Shown piece after piece: positions 24,940-36,014 of a stretch of 64,000 bases of DNA. The position numbers and the translations under genes are program-made. Within the stretch, counting starts at the first letter, position 1; each line of letters begins with the position of its first letter. Location: assembly GCA_024679065.1 (NCBI GenBank), contig JAGIQG010000005.1, forward strand, positions 44,516,001-44,580,000. The letters are read 5' to 3'. The notes beneath the pieces were generated by a model. It ran no database searches. It saw only the letters and a program-made list of their open reading frames with translations, and was not told the origin of the DNA. The DNA is from Sphyrna mokarran (taxonomy: Eukaryota).

Positions 24940-25305
24940 TATGCTCTCTGAATCAGAAGGTTTTGGGTTCAGGTCTCATTTATAGAGATATGAACACAAA
25001 ATCTGATCTGACACTTCAGTGCAGTATGGAGGAAATACTACACTGACAGAGGTGTGTGTTCAAATGAGAAGTTAAGCTGATGTAAAAGATCCCATGACAC
25101 TATCCTGAGGAGTTAGGGGAGTTATCACCAGTTTTACTAATATTCATTTCAATCAACATTATAAATTGTCACTTTGCAGTCTGTGAAACCTTGTTGCTGT
25201 GTTTTCTACATTCCAAGAGTAATTACACTTCAAGGGACTTCACTAGTTGTAAAGCACTTTGGGATAACAGAGATTGTGAAATTGACTACATAAATGCAAG
25301 CCATT
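24940..25305 (+). mobile_element. Deu-domain SINE (SacSINE1/AmnSINE1-like)
   Basis: GATGTAAAAGATCCCATGACACTAT Deu-core motif and GTAAAGCACTTTGGGA...ATAAATGCAAG tail. Tail-only fragments at about 22460-22520 and 37200-37275. Confidence 0.7.
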
Positions 25306-26285
25306 CTTTTTTCTTGTTGTAGACTGCCCATCAGTTACTTGCCTCAGTTCTCTGCAGCAAAACCAGTGTGCGATCTCACTCTCTGAGAGCTGGCCTTGCC
25401 CCAGGCACTGTTGCAGGCCATTCATGTTCAGTGTCCAACCAATCTCTATACTACCCTCTAAATGATGCAGGGTCAGTATCTGAGTTGGTGGCTGAGTGTG
25501 AGAAATTGCATGATGGCAAGTTTTGATTATCATCATCTTGCTGTTCCTCCATTGCCTGGACAGTTTGCATTTCCCGGACATACGATAAGAGAAAGGCACG
25601 AACATAAGGTTGTAGTGTAGTAATGAGAGAAAGGAAGTAAGAGATGCATGCTTCAACCAATTGCATCTTGTAAATTAGAAATGTGTGGAATGGGAGGGGG
25701 AAGTGGGATGTGAAGTGGGGGACTTTATATAGAAGACCATCATCAATGACGTTAGTCTCCCTGGAATGTGGTTTCAGCAATGCATATCCCAACAACAGCC
25801 AGCACTGTCTTCTCCACAGGGGTTAGGATATCTGTGTAAGTTTGTCACCCACCATTTAGAACCTGTTGGCTTCAATAGTTCTGCAAGAGAGAGGGAAGCG
25901 TATCAGTGAATGTCACAAATCTGTTTGCATGTTGCAGCTGTCATGGTTGAATAGCAGTGTTTGCAAGATGAGATCTGGGTGTGAGGCATGCAGCAGCAAT
26001 AGGTAAGTAATAGTTCAGTGAATAATATGAATGTCAGATACATGTTCCAATTGATCGAGATTGTTAGGAGGTGAATGATGGGAAGTGGCAATTTGAGCAG
26101 TGGCTCAGGCTATTCTTGCAGTTAGGAGGATATGGTACTTGAAAATCTATTCCCTGAAATTGCTCACAAATTTAAAGGCACTGCATCCAAGACCATGGGG
26201 TTAACTTCTGGTTCAACCTCCAAAGCAATTAGTTCCCACTGCGTTTTCAGCATGTGTAACAAGTCTCTGCTTTCCATCTACTGCA

Positions 26286-28480
26286 CGTAAGAATGTAAGA
26301 ACTAGGAGCAAGAATAGGCCATTTGGCCCCTCAAGCCTGCTCCGCCATTCAATAAGATCATGGCTGATCTTTTCATGAACTCAGCTCCACTTATCTGCAC
26401 GTTCACCATAATTCACCCTTAATATTCAAAAATTTATCTATCCTTGCCTCAAAAACATTCATTGAGGTTGCCTCAACTGCTTCACTGAGCAGGAATTCCA
26501 CAGATTCACAATCTTTTGTGTGAAGAAGTTCCTCGTTAACTCAGTCCTAAATCCCCTTATTTTGAGGTTATGTCCCCTAAGACTCTTGTCAGACCCCAGT
26601 TGGAGTATTGTGCGCAGTTCTGGTCGCCTCATTATAGGAAGGATGTAGAGGCTATTGAGAGAGTTCAGAGGAGATTTACAAGGATGCTGCCTGGATTGGG
26701 AGGCAGGCCTTATGAAGATAGGTTGAGGGAGCTGGGACTCTTCTCACTGGAGCGACGTAGGTTGAGAGGCGACCTGATAGAGGTTTATAAAATGTTGAGA
26801 GGAATAGATAGGGTGGACTCTCAGAGACTATTTCCCCGAGCTGAAATGGTCACTACGAGAGGACACCGATTTAAGGTGCAGGGAAGCAAATACAAAGGAG
26901 ATGTCAGGGGTAGGTTTTTCACTCAGAGGGTGGTGAGTGAATGGAACCGACTGCATCGGAGGTTGTTGAGGTAAACTCACTGGGGTCTTTTAAGAGACTT
27001 CTGGATCAGTACATGGAAACGAATAGGATAGGGGGTTATAGATAGGTCTGTGGATTGGTAAATGTGATCAGTACAACTCGTGGGCCGAAGGGCCTGTTTG
27101 TGCTGTATTGTTCTATGTTCTAGTTCTAGTTTTACCTGCCAGTGGAAACAACTTCTTTGCTTCCATCTTATTTATTTCTTCATTATCTTGTATGTTCCTA
27201 TAAGATCTCCCCTCATTCTTCTGAATTCCCATGAGTATAGCCCCAGTTTACTTAATCTCTCCTCATAAGCCAACCTTCTCAACTCTGGAATCAACCTAAT
27301 GAATCTCTTTTGTACCCTCTCCAGTGCCAGTATATGCTTTCTCAAGGAGACCAAAACTGTACACAGTACTCCAGGTGTGACCTCATCAGCACCTTATACA
27401 GCTGCAACATAACCTCCCTGATTTTAAACTCCATCCCTCTCGCAATGAAGGACAAAATTCCATGTGCCTTCTTAATTACCTGCTGCACCTGCAAACCAAC
27501 TCCTTCTGATTCTTGCACAAGGACATCCAGGTCCTTCCGTACACCAGCATTCTGCAATTTTTACTATTTAAATAATAGTCCATTTTGCTGTTATTCCTAC
27601 CAAAATAGGAAACTCTATCGGCTAGTCTGAGTGGGCGAGGATCTATCTATATCCCTTTGCAGATTTCAGTATTCTCTGCACACTTTGCTCTGCCAATCAT
27701 CTTAGTGTCATCTGCAAATTGTGACACACTACACTTAGTCCCCAATTCCAAATCATCTATGTAAATCGTAAATAATTGCAGTCCCTGAGGCCCACCACTA
27801 GTCACTGATCACCAACCAGAAAAACATGCTTTACCCCCATTCTTTGCCTTCTTGTAGCTAACCAATTCTCTATCCATGTTAATACATTACCTGTAACACC
27901 GTACACCTTTACCTTATGTAGCAGTCTTTGGTGTGGCATCTTGTCAAATTCCTTTAGGAAATCCAGATACACCACATCCACAGATTCCCATTGTCCACTG
28001 TACATGTAATGTTTTCAAAAAATTCCACCAAAGTAGTCAAATATGACCTTCCCTTCATGAACTCATGCTGCATCTTACCAATGAGGCAATTTATATCCAG
28101 ATGTCTCACTATTTTTTGCTTGATGATAGATTCAAGCATTTTCCTTACTCTAGAAGTTAAGCTAACTGGCTTCCATTAATTGCCTTTTGTCTACCTCTTT
28201 TTTAAACGGTGACATCACATTTGCTTTTTTCCAATCTGTGACACTCCAGAGTCCAGGGAATTTTGGTAAATTATCACTAGTGCATTTGCTATTTCTCCTG
28301 CCATCTCTTTTAATACCCTGGGATGCATTCCATCAGGGCCAGGAGACTTGTCTACCTTTAGCCCCATCAACTTGCCCAACACTATCTCTTCTTTATGATA
28401 ATGATAGTTTCTAAGTCTTGACCTGCCATAGCTTTCCAGTCATCAATTTTTGGCATGTTATTTGTGTCTTCTCTGTGAAG
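26286..28480 (-). mobile_element. Older CR1 LINE, interrupted by an opposite-strand CR1
   Basis: 3' end at 26286-26579 (TAAGAACTAGGAGCA...CCATTCAATAAGATCATGGCTGATC), resuming at 27120 with RT remnants (VDVVYLDFLKEFDKMPH). Confidence 0.85.
26580..27119 (+). mobile_element. Young CR1 3' fragment nested in an older CR1
   Basis: ORF KTLVRPQLEYCAQFWSPHYRKD...FFTQRVV; TTCTATGTT tail; host sequence CCCCTA|GTTCTAG is split with CTA repeated. Confidence 0.9.
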
Positions 28481-28961
28481 GCCAAGTGCACCAAGCCCTC
28501 TAGCGCAGTGTCTGGAAAGCTTGGAGTTTGCTGTCTCCCCTGTTGTGCCATTCTTCACTATTCCAGACACAATGCATCTCCTCTGCAAGAGGTGAAGGCT
28601 AACTATTTAAGCAGAGCTAGACACTCAGAGTACTGCTCCCCATCTCCCCCCTACACCCCCCTTGCTGATGCATTCAGCTGAATAAACAGTGCAGTTAGCA
28701 CTGGCTGGATGCACCAAAGATTGCAACATAAGATAAAATGAGCAGACAGTGTGAAGTTACCACGCCGCCTACACTACACTCAATAGGGCACAGGTTAATC
28801 ACCCTTTGTTGAAGATTATAGATTTTTAGCCCCCAAAATATTTTTACCTTGCAATCTGTTCAAACAATTTACAATGGAAGGCACGTACAACACAGATCTC
28901 ATCATTCATAACTGAAAGCTCAATAGTTTAACAGTTGTGCAAAGTTACTATCAGTACTTAC

Positions 28962-29038
28962 GCTGTTAAAGTAATTACTGTCCATTGAATGAAACGAGGA
29001 GTTCCATTTCATATCCAGTGACTTCATGGGAACCATAC
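28962..29038 (-). CDS. AHI1: AHI1 small coding exon (77 nt)
   Basis: TTTTGTCTTCAATAG acceptor and AGC|GTAAGT donor; open frame (G)MVPMKSLDMKWNSSFHSMDSNYFNS. Phase 1 to 0, which restores frame into the 5419 exon. Confidence 0.75.
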
Positions 29039-29792
29039 CTATTGAAGACAAAATGGATAAAGATATGTCTAAAAAAGTCTGCTCTACCAAAGTACAACAT
29101 AAGTGTTGTGCTGAAGAAGAGTCATTTGGACTCGAACCAACTCTGTTTCTCTCTCCAGACTGGCCAAGTTTTTCCAGCTGTTCTTATTTCCCATCGCCAG
29201 CACATGAAGAATTTTGATATGAGGTAACTGTTATTTATTTATTCTCGCAATTTGCAAACTTAAATTTAGTTTACTGTATAGCCAGATTCCTTGACTCAGC
29301 AAATATTCTTTAGATGTTACACACTGCAACATTTTAATCAAGCATTAGAAGTAATGCAGCTGCTCAAATGTCAAAAGAGAAACGCTGGAAAATCTCAGCG
29401 GGTCTGGCAGGAGAGAAAAGATCTGATGTTTCGATTCTGGATGGCTCTTTGTCAAAGCCTCAGCAAAGAACTCAGTTTCGTACTCTTGCGACCCCACCTC
29501 AATGAATTCCATTTTTATCCTCATGCTCAAATGTCAGTTTTATTACGCTAATTAAATAGAACAGTACAGAAATTGTAACATAAAAACAGGTCATTTGGCC
29601 CAACAATATATGCTGCTGTTTATCACTTGCTACTAAACACTATAAAAACAAACAATTTTACATGCAAATTTCAAATGATATTTCTGTTCATTACCTTCCC
29701 TTTAATTGTTAGGCTATCTTCTTGCAATTCAATCAGTTATTTTTATCTTGGCTTTTTAAAATTGCACATTCTATTTCCTGTGATCTTTTCCC

Positions 29793-31185
29793 TTAAAGAA
29801 CAAAGAACAAAGAACAAAACAGCACGGGAAACAAGCCCTTCGGCCCAACGAGCCCGCGCTACCACCCCGATGTTCCCACCTCTATCTATGATCCCTGTCT
29901 ATGTTTATAGATCTATGCATTAGAACCAAATTTGAGACAATTTAGGGAGAGTTTGTTTTGCCAATTAGCCTAAGAGCACATCTTTGGGATGTGGGAGGAA
30001 ACTGGAGCACCCAGAGAAAACCCAAGCAAGCACGGGGAGAATGTGCAAACTCCCACAGACACAGGCCCAAATCCATGTATCTGCACAGCACAGCGATAGT
30101 CACTGAGCTGTCATGTTGCCCATCAAACGGTCCAGGTCACACTAACGACGTGAAGCACTAGGATACTCTTGAAAAAAATCCAAGAGCAGCCCTCTCACAA
30201 CCCATTGCATGTATGCCCCTCGTTAGACAACAAGGTGGACCAAAGCACCTGTAGGATAAAAACAAGTACATCAATATCATCATCTATTTACACACTTCCC
30301 AGGGACTCCCAAGGCTCATGATCCCTATTTTAAATCAGTTTTCTATACCCCTCCATTCCCATTCTGTTCATGTGCCCATCTAAGTATTTCTTAAATAACT
30401 CCAGAGTACCTGCCTCCACCACTTTACTTGGCAGCGCATTCCATACCCCCACCACCCTCTGTGTGAAAAAACTCCCTCTAGCATCCAAATTATACCTTAC
30501 CCCCTTCACCCTAAGCCCGTGACCCCTCGTGCTATTTGAGTCCATCCTAGGAAAAAGCTTAACCCTGTTTACTCTATCTATACCCCTCATAATCTTGTAC
30601 ACCTCTATTAGATCTCCTCTAAGTCTACGTCTTTCTAAGGAAAACAGTCCCAATTTGCCTAACCTCTCTTCGTGACTCAGACCTTCCATACCAGGCAGCA
30701 TCCTGGTAAACCTCCTCTGCACTCTCTCCAGAGTCTCCACGTCCTTCCGGTAGTAAGGCGACCAGAACTGGATACAGTATTCCAAATGAGGTCTAACCAA
30801 CGTTTTATACAATTGCAACATTAAAGGCCAGCTCTTGTGCTCTATACCCCTTCCTATAAAGGCTAGCATACCATATGCTTTCTTCACCTTTTCCACTTGC
30901 TCTGCCACCTTCAGAGACTTGTGCACCTGCACCCCCAGGTCCCTCTGCATTTCTATACTGTTAATATGTCTGCCCTTTATCATATACCTCCCCCCTACAT
31001 TCTTTCTCCCAAAATGTTTCACTTCGCATTTATCAGGATTGAATTCCATCTGCCATCTATCTGCCCAAGCTACCAGCCTATGTCCTACTGCATCGCCTGA
31101 CAATGCTCTTCACTATCCGCAAGTCCAGCCATCTTTGTATCATCTGCAAACTTGCTGATCACTCCACTTACTCCCTCTTCCAAGT
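29793..31185 (-). mobile_element. CR1 LINE 3' part whose 3' region continues into a structured module, an HE1-like SINE body and a (TTCTTTG)n tail
   Basis: Open RT C-terminal ORF 30330-31103 with no CR1 tail directly after the stop. Module at 30120-30259, HE1 head/V-domain at 29940-30120, tail GGGCCGAAGGGC...TTGTTCTTTGTTCTTT at 29793-29860. Confidence 0.75.
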
Positions 31186-31554
31186 ACAGTTTACTTACCT
31201 ACTTTGCTTTTTCCTTCAGGACCTTTTTAATATTGAATAGGCTGGCCTCTGATTGGCCTAATAAAATGCCCCTCCACAATAGCTTCTCTTCTAATTGAAC
31301 AGTGACAAGTGATTCTGACATTAACTCAATCTTTTACACAAACCCCTCCAGCACAGTGTTGAACACGTTGTCATATCTGTGCCAACAGTAGACTAATCTC
31401 ATCTGAATCTGACAACTTGCTCAAAATATTGCAGAGGGCTTAAAAACTGTAGTAGCCAAAATCAATCTGAGGGGAAAAATCTGCAAAGACTGAAAGTGCA
31501 AAACAGAAACGAGAAGTGCTGGAAACAGGTGAATCAGTATGTACATTCACATAC

Positions 31555-31606
31555 CTGGTTGATAAAAATAGCGATCCATTTCTGAAGTGCTCTGTTCTAC
31601 TGACTT
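31555..31606 (-). CDS. AHI1: AHI1 small coding exon (52 nt)
   Basis: TTTCATTTATTACAG acceptor and CCAG|GTATGT donor; open frame KSVEQSTSEMDRYFYQP(G). Phase 0 to 1, which links the 38121 exon to the 29038 exon. Confidence 0.75.
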
Positions 31607-31889
31607 CTGTAATAAATGAAATTCAGACTTCAACAAAGAGAAATATTTTGATATTAAGTAATCACGTTAATATCATTAACAGAGCTACATTAAATGCCTA
31701 TTTGCCACACTTCAAAAAGTGAAGCTACTTAACTCATCTTATTCATTGATTCCATCACTATCATATAGTCTATACCATCAGCATATCACATCACTGCCAA
31801 AGTATGAATTATATAGGCAATATGTGGCAGTTACACTATGTGTCCTACTTCCTCAAATGGCTGAAATATATTCATAATCATTCTGGACG

Positions 31890-33390
31890 GATGGAGGCAT
31901 AGTGGTAATGTCATTGGACTAATAATCCAGAGACCAAGGCTAATAACACATGGGTTCAAATCCCAGCGGATAGTGAAATTTAAATTCATTTTGCAAATTC
32001 AACTGATTAATTTTTAAAATCTGGAATTGTCAGAAATGGTGTCATGAAATTATCATTGATTTGTCATAAAAACCCATCTGGTTCACTGATGCCCTTTAGG
32101 AAAGGAAATCAGTTTCCTAATGTGATCTGGCCTACCTGTGCCTACTGACCCACAGTAATACGGTTGACTCCCAAATGACTTCTAAAATGGCCTAGTAAGC
32201 CACTCAGTTGCTCTGCATTGTACCTAGCATCAACTTAGGCTTGCAGGAAAAAACCCAGAACAACCAGCCTTGTCGATCCTGCAAAGTCCTTCTTATTAAC
32301 TACTGGGTGCTGACCCACAGATTAATTGACCACCAATCTGACAATCATACTCGCCAAACCATACCTTACTGGCAATGTCCCAAATACTACTATCATCACC
32401 CCTGGGTATATCCTGTCCAACTGGTAAGACAGGCCCACCAATGGCAACACCATGATATCATAGAATCCCTAGATTACAGAAGGAGGCCATTCAGCCCGTG
32501 TCTGCACCAACCACAAATCCCACCCCGGCCCTATTCCCGTAACCCCATCTATTTACCCTGCTAATCCCCCTGACACTAGGGTCAACTTAGCATGACCAAT
32601 CAACTAACCTGCACATCTTTGCACTGTGGGAGGAAACCGGAGCACCCCGAGTAAACCCACGCGCACGTAGGCAGAATATGCACACACTGCACAGAAAGTG
32701 ATCCAAAGCCAGAATTGGAAACAGATCCCTGGCACTGTGAGAAAGCAGTGCTAACCCCTCTGCCACCATACGACAAGGGAGGGAGTCCTTAACATTGACT
32801 TGGCATCCCATGAAATCACACAGCATTAAGTCAAGTACCATATACCGCTCTCCTTCAGCTGATGAATCAGTATTCTGCCATCCTCCATACTGGACACCAA
32901 TTGGAGGAAACACTGAAGGTAGCAAGGACACAGAATGTACTCTGGATGAGAGATGTCAAGCTCTATCACCAAGAGTGAATTGCTGGCACCACTACTAAAC
33001 AAACTGATCAAATCCTAAAGGACATATTTTCAGACTGGGCTTGTGGCAATTGGTGAAGGATCCGACAAAAAAGAGAAAGCTACTGAATTTTGTTCTCAGC
33101 AATCCACTTATCACAGATGTATCTGCTTATGATACACAGGTAGGAAACTGTGTGCTGACAAGTCCCAACTTAACACTCAGCATTAGTTCCACTTTGTTGT
33201 GTATTGCTACCAAAGATGGGGGAGCATAGCACATCAATGGAAATATGAAACAATTCCAATCATCTTCAGCCAGAAGTGTACATTGGATGTTCCCTCACAG
33301 TCTCCTCCCAATGTTGCAGATCAGAGGTCCATTTTTCAGCCAATTTGATTTCATTCCACATAAAATCAAGAAATGACAGAAGGCAATGCA
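31890..33390 (+). mobile_element. tRNA-headed LINE-like remnant (long form of family A), decayed
   Basis: Head GGCATAGTGGTAATGTCA..GGGTTCAAATCCC followed by degraded endonuclease-like sequence (YRSPSADESV); interrupted by an HE1 SINE. Confidence 0.55.
32457..32770 (-). mobile_element. HE1-type SINE
   Basis: CATAGAATCCC tail, GTGGGAGGAAACCGGAGCACCC V-domain and AGCAGTGCTAACC...TGCCACC head (reverse complement). Confidence 0.9.
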
Positions 33391-36014
33391 AAATCTATGA
33401 GTCCTTACAACATTTTGACAATGAAAGAATAAATAAAGCAAAATTAATTGCCGGCAATATTATTGAACAGAAAGAAAACAAATACATGAATATCCAATTA
33501 CGAAGTGGAAAAGTTATCAATGTAACAACAGTAATCAAATAACAAGGAAACCAAATAAAAACATTAAAATCATTGCAAAAGAATTTTGAAAAATCTTGCA
33601 GATATCTACGTTTTTTTCGCAGTTCGCCTGGAACCATTAACAGATAGACGAAGAAGGCTAAGAAAAAAGAGGCTACGAAGAAAGAGGCTAAGAATAAAAG
33701 CATGCGCAGGTGAGAAAGATAAAAAAAAATCATGTTTTTATTTGTGTAAACTGTCAGAGTCTATGCTCTAATTGCTATGTAATTGATGCATCAAGAAACT
33801 CCTTTTAAATCTGCGATGCGTGCCAAACTGGAAGATTTATCTCACTGATTATTTAAGGAACATCTTGATAGCTAATATATCATGACTTCTCCATCACCAT
33901 TCTTGGTACACCCTATTTCACAAGAGGGATAGATTCATCAGAGGTGGGAGAAGTGCTGTACAAATAGTCAGGAGCTTCTTAACACTGACTTGGGGCACGA
34001 ACTGTTTCGACTTTAGAAGAAAGAAATGTGTTGGAGATTATTTCTTATAAACTATTACTCCCCTTATTCTCAAACTTTGACCCCTAGATCTCAACTTCCC
34101 TATCACTGGGAACATTTGCTGCCAGGTGGCCACCTCAATTGAGCTGGCAGCCTCCACATACCACAGAGCAATACTTGGACATTGGTAAAATAACGGATCA
34201 GTGAAAAATGGCTCAAAAATAGAGCCCTAATTGCATTATAAGGCTGCATGTCTTCATGGAATAGACAACTGACCCAGTTGCCAATTACCTTGGGAAAGTC
34301 ACGATATGGCTCCCCCTCTGCATTAGGCTAGTTTTTATGGCCCTCAACCACATTTTAAGCAGAGAAGGATACATAAAATACATCAGGTTGCTAGCTTTTT
34401 GCCCATCTCAGGCATGATCCCCAGAATACATCCAAGATACTGAAAAGGAGGGAAGGGGGGGGGGTATATTCTTTGGGGCATGCTCTGTGTACATTAGATA
34501 CATTCCCCTAAGAACATAGCTCCAACTATATGGTATCCCACCTGGTATCCAAAATCCACCCACTCTCCATCCCATTTCTGCCTGATCTCATCCCACTCAA
34601 AAGTTCTTGGACTGATACTCTCTTCTAGTGCTACTGGGACTGCAAGTCTGCCATCCAATCAAATTGACTGACAGCTCTCAAAGGTGGAACTTCCTTTCAC
34701 TGAGAGGTGGAAGTCTGACTTTCTTTCTTGATAAATCCAACCCCTTGTCTGCATAGGATCCAGGAAAATACAACCCCAATGAGAGTTGAGAAGTGCACAG
34801 GCATAAATGAAGAATGGTTTTCAATGGTAGTTGGACTGAGGTAGGCAGTCAGGTGAATTTACAGAGGTGGAAGCACAATGGAGAGGGTATGAGATCAAGC
34901 ATGGATACCAATCAATAAACCTTTAGTTACCAATCTTGATCACATATGAAGTTGGTATTTAATGGTCAGGTTCATAAAAGGAAAATTGAAGTTGAAAGCC
35001 TGCAATGAAGCAGTTTGGCTAGTAGCAGTGAAGTCTGTACTTCAAACTGTCATGCTGACAGAGTGGTACAGAAAAGAGTGGAAATTCTATTGAAATACAT
35101 GTTTAGATACACAAATGAGTTAAAAAGCTCTGGCATGAAATCCATACTTTTCCATCATAATAAACGTATCACCACTCACATTAAAACAATTGTTCTCTAA
35201 AAGTATAAATGTCTAACAATCTTGAGCTTCAATGTACTCAGGGATGACAATATTCCAAGACCACATCTGCTTGCATAAGTCTTAATTGGCCTTCATCAAT
35301 TGACACCCCCTCCCCTCCATACACACAAACAGGTGCACCATCCACAGATACTTCTGCTAATAGCACCAGCATACACGGTAATTCTCTATCTTGTTGCCCC
35401 ATAGCCTTGTTAACAATTGCTTCTATTGAAAATGAAATGCTAATTTTTTTTTATGGAAAGTGGTTCAGCTTGGCAGGATTCCCTGGATTACACCCACAGG
35501 GTGAATGCACCTGGGCAAAGACTTTACAAATCAGGAACACCTGGCTTGCATGAGCTTCAAAACAACAAATTCTATTAAAAGTAAAAATGGTCTTCTCTTC
35601 AGTATTTATGTCAGTGCTGAATAATTAAACAATTCCGCTTGCTGCGTAACAGTGCTGCTGGTGAAATAATTAACGAAACAGCTGAAGTGCACATGGGTCT
35701 CCAATCTAGCACACTATAAATTAAAACCCAAAAATATATTTTTAAAAATGCATTATTTAATTCAAATTCTTTACCTAAATCCTGTTAAACTAATTTGTCT
35801 GTAACTATTACACCTTTAACTGCTCCCAACTTTCTTGCTCAATAACTTTCTTCCATGACAGTATTTCCATTGTTTTCTTTAAATACTCATACAAAAAGTT
35901 TCCTGCTTATTCCAATTTTTTTTTTAAACATTACTGTCACTGGAAACTTTGCAACCTATGAGTCAAGATTCTTTTGGGGCTGTAAAAGCAGAAATATAAA
36001 TTAGAAGCAATTTT

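Larger units (their letters stand above)
22790..25915. mobile_element. Fossil autonomous-type PIF/Harbinger transposon: transposase (+) and convergent Myb-like gene (-), both pseudogenised
   Basis: Plus strand: RALSRKP (about 22895), RTTLPVILKVIMAINIY (23056), GFPMVQDAI (23265) and EGFYSVNIQLVCE (23601) resemble HARBI1-type ALPVAVKV, GFPMVQGAID and KGFHSLNVQLVCD. Minus strand: LNGG*..DILTPVEKTVLAVVG (about 25790-25860) and EEQQDDDNQNLPS..ATNSDT resemble the Myb-like partner. Confidence 0.7.

Noticed and set aside
31186-31270. GTAAGT donor-like site on the minus strand
   Set aside because: No acceptor or open frame fits the AHI1 phases; it resembles a LINE 5'-region relic.
31890-31975. tRNA-like A/B-box sequences here and in other SINE heads
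   Set aside because: They are heads of multi-copy retroposons without a complete cloverleaf, so not tRNA genes.
35955-35979. Good-looking minus-strand acceptor (TTTCTGCTTTTACAG) as the next AHI1 exon
   Set aside because: The phase 0 reading gives PQKNLDS* with no convincing donor; the 31606 exon fits the phase chain better. An alternative terminal exon cannot be fully excluded.
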